Source: an uncultured Anaerolineaceae bacterium
Lineage (GTDB): Bacteria > Chloroflexota > Limnocylindria > Limnocylindrales > CSP1-4
Direction of reading: 5' to 3'
DNA: 64,000 nt
Assembly: GCA_964427285.1 (NCBI GenBank)
Contig: CAYRTS010000001.1
Coordinates: 31,471 to 95,470 of the forward strand
A program made the position numbers and the translations under genes. Below the pieces are notes generated by a model. That model had not been told where the DNA came from. It saw only the letters and a program-made list of their open reading frames with translations, and ran no database searches. Position 1 is the first letter of the stretch, and every line of letters starts with the position of its first letter. This document shows, piece after piece, positions 8,980 through 16,217 of this stretch.

Positions 8980-10493
8980 CCGCGCGCCAACGACCCGGCG
9001 GCCACGCCAGCCGCGCGGAACTCCGGCTCCACCGCGTCGAACAGACGGCGATAGCGCCCGTAGGCTTCGTCGTAGGCCGCGCGGTTGGCCGGATCGGGTT
9101 CGAACACCGCGGGCTCCAAGGTGGTCAGGCGATCCACCGCCTCGTCGAGATCGCGGAAGATCCCGGCGCCCACGCCGGCCAGCATGGCTGCGCCGAGCGC
9201 CGTGGCCTCGGTGGTGGCCAGGACCCGGACTGGGCGGCCCATCACGTCTGCCTTCATCTGGAGCCACAGCTGGCTTCGCGCCCCGCCGCCCACCACCCGG
9301 ATCTCCTCCCCGGCGAGGCCAAGGGCATCGAGCCGGTCCACGATGTCCCGGACCGCGAAGGTGCAGCCTTCCAGCAACGCCCGGAACAAATGCGCCCGTC
9401 CATGGTTCAGCGACAAGCCGCCATACACCCCGCGCGCACGATCGTTCCAGCGCGGCGTCGTTGCCCCGGACAGCGTCGGCAGGAAGGTGACCCCGTCCGA
9501 GCCGGGCGTCGTGCCCGCACTCGCTTCGAGGTCGAGTTCGGCCGGTGAGGCGCCGCCGCCGATCGCCTCGCGAAACCAGCTGACGCTGCCACCGGATACG
9601 AAGCCCGGGTTCTCCACCAGCCAGACTCGCGGGTCGGCGTGGCCGTGCGTTTCCACGAGTCCGGTATGGTCGATGATGGCGCTGGTCGCCGCGACGCAGA
9701 CCGGTTCGGCGGTGCCGGCAATATCCACGACCACACCCGGCCGGATGCCGCCGGCGCCCAGGCACGCCCCATGCTCGTCACCGGTGCCGGTAACCACGCG
9801 CGTTGCGATCGTGAGCCCGAGCGCCTCGGCTGCCGGGCGCCGAAGCGGACCGACGACCTCTGCTGCGGCCGCAATCGTCCCAAGCCGCCGGACATCGATG
9901 CCGGTGAGATCGAGCATCCGAGGTGACCAATCGCCGGTCGTGATGTCGTACAGGAGCGTGGACGAGGCGTTGGCGTGGTCAGTGACGTGCTCCCCCGTCA
10001 TCCAGGCGACAAGCGAGCTGCCGGGGAGCAGGAGCGCGGCCGCGCGCTCGTACACGCTGCGGGCGCGTTCACGAAGCCAGAGAATCTTTGGGGCGACATG
10101 GGAGGCGTCTGTGTTGAGTCCGGTGATCCGCCTGATATCGTCCGGATCCAGCGATTCCCCGATCGCCCGGGTCTGGTCGGCGGCCCGTCTGTCCAGCCAG
10201 ATGATGGCGGGCTGCAGCGGTTCCGCCTCCGCATCGATCGCGACCAGGCCGTCCACCTGCGCGGCAAGTCCCAACATGCCAACTGCCGCCGGCGTGACGC
10301 CAGCATCGCGCAGAAGCTGGCGGATCACATGCCCAAGGGCAGCACGCCAATCGAGCGCGTTCTGCTGGGCCCAGCCCGGATGCGGGTACTGCACCTCGTA
10401 GGCGGCCGACGCCTGCGCCATGACCCGGCCCGCGGGATCGAGCAGCATTCCCTTGAGGCTCTGCGAACCAAGATCGCAGCCGATCGCATACAT
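8976..10493 (-). CDS. FGGY-family carbohydrate kinase (xylulokinase-like); first gene of the accessory operon
   Basis: Start ATG 10493 (MYAIGCDLGSQSLKG...); alternative ATG at 10511. FGGY features: PGWAQQNALDWR, IWLDRR and C-terminal VVGGGARSQLWLQMKADV. Confidence 0.88.
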   Translation of the reverse strand: MYAIGCDLGSQSLKGMLLDPAGRVMAQASAAYEVQYPHPGWAQQNALDWRAALGHVIRQLLRDAGVTPAAVGMLGLAAQVDGLVAIDAEAEPLQPAIIWLDRRAADQTRAIGESLDPDDIRRITGLNTDASHVAPKILWLRERARSVYERAAALLLPGSSLVAWMTGEHVTDHANASSTLLYDITTGDWSPRMLDLTGIDVRRLGTIAAAAEVVGPLRRPAAEALGLTIATRVVTGTGDEHGACLGAGGIRPGVVVDIAGTAEPVCVAATSAIIDHTGLVETHGHADPRVWLVENPGFVSGGSVSWFREAIGGGASPAELDLEASAGTTPGSDGVTFLPTLSGATTPRWNDRARGVYGGLSLNHGRAHLFRALLEGCTFAVRDIVDRLDALGLAGEEIRVVGGGARSQLWLQMKADVMGRPVRVLATTEATALGAAMLAGVGAGIFRDLDEAVDRLTTLEPAVFEPDPANRAAYDEAYGRYRRLFDAVEPEFRAAGVAAGSLARG

Positions 10494-10520
10494 TCGGAGA
10501 CCCGCCCCCATCAACGAACG

Positions 10521-10540
10521 GTCATCAGTCGTCTGATGAC
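10521..10540 (-). promoter_or_regulatory. perfect 8+8 palindrome GTCATCAG-ACGA-CTGATGAC; candidate operator for the HutC-type regulator
   Basis: Read directly. It starts 3 nt after the -10 hexamer, so it covers the predicted transcription start. It begins GT and ends AC, as HutC-family operators do. Alternative reading: a hairpin closing the ribF transcript. Confidence 0.45.
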
Positions 10541-10543
10541 TTG

Positions 10544-10571
10544 AGGATACGACCGATCGCGCCGGTGTCAA
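10544..10571 (-). promoter_or_regulatory. sigma70-type promoter of the accessory operon (TTGACA-16 nt-TATCCT)
   Basis: Minus strand reads caTTGACAccggcgcgatcggtcgTATCCTcaag in the 89-nt ribF-kinase spacer. The perfect -35 is conspicuous in this GC-rich DNA. Confidence 0.55.
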
Positions 10572-10582
10572 TGGACGTGGCG

Positions 10583-11332
10583 CTAGTCGCTGACGAACTC
10601 CAACGCGACTCGCCCTGACGCCTGCACGCCGCCGATGTGGACGCCACCACCGCGAATCTCGATCGTGCGATCCGCGGAGCCGATCCGCACGGCATAGCGG
10701 CCGTCAGGAGGCAGCGCAACGGGCAGCTCGAATGAGAGCATCGCGCCCGCGACGATCCCGGTCAGCGTCACGGGCCGTCCCAACAGGGCCGCGGCGGAGG
10801 CAAGATTCCCGGCCGCGATCTCGACGCGGATCTCGGAACTGCGGACGGTGCGCCCATCGAGCGTGAACGGTGGGACCACGACGACCTCGAAGCCCAGTTC
10901 CTCACCGAGCCGCGCGAGGGCCTCGGGCGTGCCACGCCGCTCGTAGCCGAATGCGGCATCCGGCGTCATCAGGAAGCCCCGGAGTTCGACACGATGTCGG
11001 ATCCGCTCGACAAAGGCGACGTAGGTCGTCTCGCGCAGGGCAAGATCGAAGTGCTGGACGACGGTGGCGGCCACGCCGGCTTCCTCCAGGCGGGCAAGAC
11101 GCTCTGTTGGGTCCAACAGCAACGGTGGGGCGTGCCCGGTCAGGATCTCATCGGGATGGTGATCGAAGGTGATGACCGTTGGCCGGGCCGAGCGCGCCTC
11201 GGCGACAGTGACCAGGTGGCGGAGCAGGTAGTGGTGCCCGATATGGAGCCCGTCGAAGACGCCGATGGCCACGAACACCGGGCCGTGCTCAGCCGACAGT
11301 CGCTCGATCCCGTGGACGACCTGCATGCTCAA
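10583..11332 (-). CDS. ribF: FAD synthetase (FMN adenylyltransferase) RibF with a truncated/degenerate riboflavin-kinase half
   Basis: 249 aa. The track start is TTG 11332; ATG at 11326 is equally possible. The N-terminal FMNAT half is clear: VFVAIGVFDGLHIGHHYLL, VITFDHHP. After GRPVTLTG only about 60 aa remain, and they lack the GRxLGFPTAN kinase signature. Confidence 0.85.
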   Translation of the reverse strand: MSMQVVHGIERLSAEHGPVFVAIGVFDGLHIGHHYLLRHLVTVAEARSARPTVITFDHHPDEILTGHAPPLLLDPTERLARLEEAGVAATVVQHFDLALRETTYVAFVERIRHRVELRGFLMTPDAAFGYERRGTPEALARLGEELGFEVVVVPPFTLDGRTVRSSEIRVEIAAGNLASAAALLGRPVTLTGIVAGAMLSFELPVALPPDGRYAVRIGSADRTIEIRGGGVHIGGVQASGRVALEFVSD

Positions 11333-11341
11333 GGCGGGGGC

Positions 11342-12301
11342 TCAGGCGGTGGTGGCCGCGAGGGCCGGCGTGCCGGGGTCCACGAACACCTTGTCCGGCG
11401 CGAGCCGCCCGGCGGACACCGTCGCGATGGCGACGAGATCGCCCCGCGGCCCACGCAGCAGGCAGGGGCCGGCGCCCTCAGGCAGACCCGCCGAGGGCCG
11501 AACGTATTGCCCCCGGGCGATCGCGACGACCTCCACGTCCGTGAGGACAACCACGGGCAGCGCGTCAAGCCCGGTGTCGAGCGGGCGCAGCACGGGCAGG
11601 AGGCCGGCCGGGCCATCGGCAGCCGAGGCGCGGATCTCATCCAGCGGAATGGCGTCGGCCAGCGTGAATGGCCCGGACGCCGTTCGGGTCAACGCGCCGA
11701 GATAGGCCGCACTCCCGACGGCTTCCCCGAGGTCTCGAGCCAGGGCGCGGACATAGGTTCCAGCAGAGCACTCCACTTCGACCAGCGCGACAGGACGGTC
11801 CGCATCGGTGTCGTCCCAGACCGTCATCGCAAATCCATGGATGGTGACCTCGCGCGTCGCGAGGATGACCGTCTCTCCAGCTCGGGCCATGGCATAGGCT
11901 CGTCGCCCACCAACCTTGACCGCGCTGAACGCCGGTGGCCGCTGGGCGATCCGGCCGGTGAGCGTCCGCATCGCGGCCCCGACCTCCTCGCGCGTCGGGG
12001 CACGCCCGCTCCCCGGGGTCAGCTCGCCCTCGAGATCATCCGTGGTCGACGAGGCGCCAAAACAGATCGTGGCCCGGTACGCCTTGCGATCCCCGAGGTG
12101 GTACTCGACGACACGAGTCGCGTGGCCTAGAAAGACTGGCAGGACGCCCGAGGCAAACGGGTCAAGCGTCCCGCCATGGCCGACGCGTCGAGTTGCCGCC
12201 AATCGACGCACCAGCGCCACCACGTCATGGGACGTTGGGCCGGCCGGTTTGGCCACGATCAGGATCCCGTCCAGACCGGGTCCCAGCGATGCTCTCGCCA
12301 T
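11342..12301 (-). CDS. truB: tRNA pseudouridine(55) synthase
   Basis: 319 aa. Motifs GILIVAKPAGPTSHDVV and RVGHGGTLDPFASGVLPVFLG (catalytic Asp motif). Confidence 0.95.
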   Translation of the reverse strand: MARASLGPGLDGILIVAKPAGPTSHDVVALVRRLAATRRVGHGGTLDPFASGVLPVFLGHATRVVEYHLGDRKAYRATICFGASSTTDDLEGELTPGSGRAPTREEVGAAMRTLTGRIAQRPPAFSAVKVGGRRAYAMARAGETVILATREVTIHGFAMTVWDDTDADRPVALVEVECSAGTYVRALARDLGEAVGSAAYLGALTRTASGPFTLADAIPLDEIRASAADGPAGLLPVLRPLDTGLDALPVVVLTDVEVVAIARGQYVRPSAGLPEGAGPCLLRGPRGDLVAIATVSAGRLAPDKVFVDPGTPALAATTA

Positions 12302-12303
12302 TG

Positions 12304-13326
12304 TCAGCGCTGGATCATGGCAGCCAGGCGGGTCGCCGCCTCGAGGACGGCTTGACGCGCCTCGATCAGCGGTGCAGCCACCGTGGCGCCGGCCGCTCGG
12401 GCGTGACCACCGCCACCGAACTGTCCGGTCAGGATCGTGGCATCCACGCCACCGGGACGGGTCCGGACGCTGACCCGGGTCTCGCCTGGACCCGCCTCCT
12501 TGAACAGGATGGCCACCTCGGCCGTCTCCGCCTGGGACAGCAGGTCGATCAGACCCTCGGAGTACGCTCGTTCAACGCCAGGCTCGGCCAAGTCGGCGTC
12601 GGTCACGCTCGACCAGACGATCGATCCGCCGGCGTTGCTCTCGAGCCGCGCCAGGATCTGCCCGAACAGGCGCAACTGGGCTTCGGGTTTGGTGCGATAC
12701 AGGCGGCGCGAGATATCCGAGAGGGGCGCCCCCGCCGCGACCAGCCAGGCCGAGACCAGCAGCGTGCGCGGTGTGGCGTTGGGATGGGCGAAGGTCGCGG
12801 TGTCCATGACGATTCCGGCCATCAGGTCCGTGGCCAGTGCCCCATCGTCGAGATCCGGACGCGCCCCGAGCCGCGCCGCCAGCAGCGCGACCATCTCGCA
12901 CGTCGCCGCGGCGCGCGGATCGATCCAGTCCGTCTCGCCACTGGCACCGTTCGACGCATGGTGGTCGATCACGACCCGCGGGAGACGCGCGAACAGCTTG
13001 GCCTGGCGCGTGCCCACGTCGCCGATTCGGTCGAGCGAACCGCAGTCCACGATCACGGCCAGATCGTACGGGGCAGCGGGGTCAGGGTCGGTACGGAAGC
13101 GCTCCACCCCTGGCAGGAAGTCGTACAGCGGCGGGACCGGATCCGTACAGATCGGGTCGGCGGCCCCGCCCATCGACTCCACCAGGCGCACCACGGCGAG
13201 CCCCGCCCCGAGCGTATCGGCGTCCGGGTTCTCGTGGCTGACGACCAGGACGTGTCGGGCGCTCCGGAGACGTGCGATCACGGGCTCCGGGACGGCCTCA
13301 AGGAACGGCGACAGATCGATGGTCAC
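12304..13326 (-). CDS. nrnA: DHH-family phosphoesterase (NrnA-like oligoribonuclease/pAp phosphatase)
   Basis: 340 aa. Motifs: VVSHENPDADTLGAG, VIDHH, FGGGGHARAAG (DHHA1). The GTG start overlaps the rbfA stop (GTGA). Confidence 0.88.
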   Translation of the reverse strand: MTIDLSPFLEAVPEPVIARLRSARHVLVVSHENPDADTLGAGLAVVRLVESMGGAADPICTDPVPPLYDFLPGVERFRTDPDPAAPYDLAVIVDCGSLDRIGDVGTRQAKLFARLPRVVIDHHASNGASGETDWIDPRAAATCEMVALLAARLGARPDLDDGALATDLMAGIVMDTATFAHPNATPRTLLVSAWLVAAGAPLSDISRRLYRTKPEAQLRLFGQILARLESNAGGSIVWSSVTDADLAEPGVERAYSEGLIDLLSQAETAEVAILFKEAGPGETRVSVRTRPGGVDATILTGQFGGGGHARAAGATVAAPLIEARQAVLEAATRLAAMIQR

Positions 13327-13847
13327 CGGGTCGCCCGTCGGTCGTGTCGAATCCGGGCAGGCCCGGGGCTGCCTGCCCGACGACGAGCTGGAGGCTCGGG
13401 CAGGCGCACGGCCGAGGGAGGTTCATCGGGGAGATCCCCCGAGTGTGGCAACCGGGCGACCGGAGTCGGCAGCGATTCACCAACCGGAAGTTCGCTCTCC
13501 GGCGTCCGGCCAGATTCGAGCTCGCTCAACAGTTGGAGCACGCGGGTGCCACGCTCGGCGGTGTCGTCCAGGTGCACGTGGAGATCCGGGATCCGCCTGA
13601 TCCGCAGGCGGGTGCCCAGCTGGTGGCGCACGAAGGGCATCGCATGACGCAGCGCGGCGACGGTCGCCTCGCGTTCGGCGGGCTGCCCGATCACGCTGAC
13701 CCAGACCTTGGCATGGCTCAGGTCCGCCGTCGTCTCGACCGCGGTGATCGTGGCGAACCCGACGCGCGGATCGGCCACCTCGCGCGTCACGATCGAGCCG
13801 ATCTCCTGCCGGAGCAGCTCGTCAACTCGATCCGTCCGTTGGCTCAT
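13323..13847 (-). CDS. rbfA: ribosome-binding factor A, with a Pro/Arg-rich C-terminal tail
   Basis: I start it at ATG 13847 (MSQRTDRVDELLRQEIGSIV...), which matches the RbfA N-terminus. The track ORF starts 35 codons earlier. Confidence 0.88.
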   Translation of the reverse strand: MSQRTDRVDELLRQEIGSIVTREVADPRVGFATITAVETTADLSHAKVWVSVIGQPAEREATVAALRHAMPFVRHQLGTRLRIRRIPDLHVHLDDTAERGTRVLQLLSELESGRTPESELPVGESLPTPVARLPHSGDLPDEPPSAVRLPEPPARRRAGSPGPARIRHDRRATR

Positions 13848-13979
13848 CGGATTGATACCGGTCGTCGCCGCCTGGGCGTTCGAGCCGAAGGCGCGAGCGA
13901 GCGCGGGAGCGAGCGCACCCCCGGTGCGTGAACGAGCGCGCGGACCGAGCAACGCACGGATCGGGCGTCCAGGCGGCGA

Positions 13980-15893
13980 CTAGCTACCGGCCGCTGCCCG
14001 CGAGACGCTCTGCGAGGTGAAGCACTCGATGATGTCGCCTTCCTGCAAATCGTGGAAGCCGGCCAGACCGATGCCGCACTCGTAGTTGGCGGCAACCTCG
14101 CGAACGTCATCACGGAACCGGCGCAGCGACTCGACCTTGTCGGTGGCGATCACCTTGCCGCCGCGCCAGACCCGGACGTTGCCGCGCACGATTCGACCGT
14201 CGGTCACGAACGAACCGGCGATGACCGTGCTCTTGCCGACCCGGAAGACCTGGCGAACCTCGGCTCGGCCCTCAACGACCTCAACGACCTCTGGTTCGAG
14301 CAGGCCCTTGAGCGCTGCTCCGAGGTCGTCCGTTAGCTTGTAGATGATGTCGTAGAGGCGGACGTCCACCCTCTCCACGTCGGCGGCGCGGCGGGCGGTC
14401 TCGGTGATCTTCGTGTTGAAGCCCACCACAATCGCATTCGAAGCGGCGGCCAGCATGATGTCGTTGTCCGTGATGTCGCCGGCACCCTCGTGCAGGACGT
14501 TGAGGCGGATCTCATCCTGGTCGAGCTGCTCGAGCGCATGGGTGATCGCGCCGAGTGACCCGGACACGTCCGACTTCAGGATCACCCGCAGTTCCTTGGC
14601 CTGACCGGCCTGGATCTGACGATACAGGTCCTCCAGCGTCGCACGGCCACTCCCCTCCCCGGCCTTGGCTGCGAGCGCCGCCTTGCGGCCGTCAACCATG
14701 GCCCGGGCGGCCTTCTCGTCCGCGACGACGCGGAGGATGTCGCCGGCAGCGGGGACCGCGGACAGCCCGAGCACGACCACGGCACTCGACGGTCCCGCCT
14801 TCGTCACCCGCTTGCCCTTGTCGTTCTCCATTGCCCGGACGCGACCGAAGGTCTCGCCGACGACGATGATGTCACCGACCTTGAGCGTGCCGGTCTGGAC
14901 CAGGGCCGTCGCAACGGGACCGCGACCCTTGTCCAGCTGCGCCTCGACGATCGTGCCGACCGCGGGCCGCTTCGGGTTGGCCTTGAGTTCCTGGAGATCG
15001 GCGACCAGCAGGATCATTTCGAGGAGGGCGTCCAGTCCCAGGCGAGTCTTGGCCGACACCGGGACGAGCGGAACGTCGCCCCCGTATTCCTCGACGACGA
15101 TGCCGGCATCCGTCAGATCCGTCTTGACCCGATCCGGGTTCGCGCCGGTCTTGTCGATCTTGTTGAGCGCGATGATGATCGGGACCCTGGCCGCCTTGGC
15201 ATGGCTGATCGCTTCGAGCGTCTGGGGCATGACGCCGTCGTCCGCGGCCACCACCACGACCGCGATGTCCGTGACCCGGGCTCCTCTCGCGCGCATCGCC
15301 GTGAAGGCCTCATGGCCAGGGGTGTCGAGGAAGACCACGCGCTTCCCATCGTGGGTGACTTCACTCGCTCCGATGTGCTGGGTGATCCCGCCGCGCTCTG
15401 CCGCGGCCACTTCGGTGGTCCGGATGGCGTCGAGCAGGCTCGTCTTGCCATGGTCGACGTGGCCCATGACGGTGACGATGGGGGCTCGCGGCTCCAGCAG
15501 CGACGCCTCGTCCTCCTCGTACAGGACCTCCTTGGTGGCCTCCGCGATGGGCCCGTCGATCTCGCCGTCCGCGCTATTGACGCTCGAGACCAGGACCGTC
15601 TCGGCGACCTCGAACCCGAGTTCGCCGGCGACCAGGGACGCCGTGTCCCGATCGACCAACTGGTTGATCGTGGCGAAGATGCCGCTCTTGATCAGCTCAC
15701 GGATGATGTCCGCCGGGTTGACCCCCAGGACCACTCCGAGCTCCTTGACGGTAATGGTGCCGGGCAGCTCGATGGCGCCGCGCTCACGAGGATCCGCGAC
15801 CCCAACGCTGCCGCCCGGCACGAAGGCGCCGTCGCGGCGCGGCGGCTTGCGCGGGCCGCGACGGCCGCGGGTGCCGCTTCTACTCCTGGCCAC
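13980..15893 (-). CDS. infB: translation initiation factor IF-2 (short N-terminal form)
   Basis: 637 aa. GTG start with GAAGGAGG upstream. G-domain motifs GHVDHGKTS, DTPGH, NKID. Confidence 0.97.
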   Translation of the reverse strand: MARSRSGTRGRRGPRKPPRRDGAFVPGGSVGVADPRERGAIELPGTITVKELGVVLGVNPADIIRELIKSGIFATINQLVDRDTASLVAGELGFEVAETVLVSSVNSADGEIDGPIAEATKEVLYEEDEASLLEPRAPIVTVMGHVDHGKTSLLDAIRTTEVAAAERGGITQHIGASEVTHDGKRVVFLDTPGHEAFTAMRARGARVTDIAVVVVAADDGVMPQTLEAISHAKAARVPIIIALNKIDKTGANPDRVKTDLTDAGIVVEEYGGDVPLVPVSAKTRLGLDALLEMILLVADLQELKANPKRPAVGTIVEAQLDKGRGPVATALVQTGTLKVGDIIVVGETFGRVRAMENDKGKRVTKAGPSSAVVVLGLSAVPAAGDILRVVADEKAARAMVDGRKAALAAKAGEGSGRATLEDLYRQIQAGQAKELRVILKSDVSGSLGAITHALEQLDQDEIRLNVLHEGAGDITDNDIMLAAASNAIVVGFNTKITETARRAADVERVDVRLYDIIYKLTDDLGAALKGLLEPEVVEVVEGRAEVRQVFRVGKSTVIAGSFVTDGRIVRGNVRVWRGGKVIATDKVESLRRFRDDVREVAANYECGIGLAGFHDLQEGDIIECFTSQSVSRAAAGS

Positions 15894-16194
15894 GAATGCC
15901 TCCTTCGATCGTTGTGGTCGTCGTTGTCGTCGTTGTCGTTGTGTCGGCGATCCAATCCGTCAGCGCGATGCGCAGCTCGGCAGGGACTGGGGTCCGGAGG
16001 GCCCGGTTGAGGGCGCCCTTCCGGATAGCGGTATCGATACATTCTGCGGTCCGACAGACATATGCGCCACGCCCGGGAGCCCGGCTGCCAGGATCGATCG
16101 TGACGCGGCCGGCCATGGCCACGATGCGGAGCAGTACGCGCTTCTCCCGGACCGATCGGCAGGCGACGCAGGAGCGATTCGGGATCCGTCGCAC
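15880..16194 (-). CDS. ylxR: YlxR/DUF448 RNA-binding protein
   Basis: 104 aa. Sequence RSCVACRSVREKRVLLRIV...GRGAYVCRTAECIDTAIRKGALNRAL is typical of YlxR. It sits in the conserved position between nusA and infB and overlaps the infB start by 14 nt. Confidence 0.9.
   Translation of the reverse strand: MRRIPNRSCVACRSVREKRVLLRIVAMAGRVTIDPGSRAPGRGAYVCRTAECIDTAIRKGALNRALRTPVPAELRIALTDWIADTTTTTTTTTTTIEGGIRGQE
15910..15942 (-). repeat. imperfect ACA/ACG codon tract encoding 11 consecutive threonines at the YlxR C-terminus
   Basis: Minus strand reads aca acg aca acg acg aca acg acg acc aca acg, immediately before the codons ATC GAA GGA GGC that double as the infB Shine-Dalgarno. Confidence 0.9.
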
Positions 16195-16217
16195 TGCGAC
16201 GGCCCTGACGCCCCGGT

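Noticed and set aside
7549-9765. 738-aa ORF, and similarly over-extended track ORFs (16218..17978, 22192..23343, 25002..26345, 26201..26998, 34094..35041, 35959..37584, 53514..54722)
   Set aside because: The upstream portions overlap neighbouring genes in other frames and are low-complexity. Family-typical N-termini with SD sequences or 4-nt overlaps are found at internal starts, so I trimmed them.
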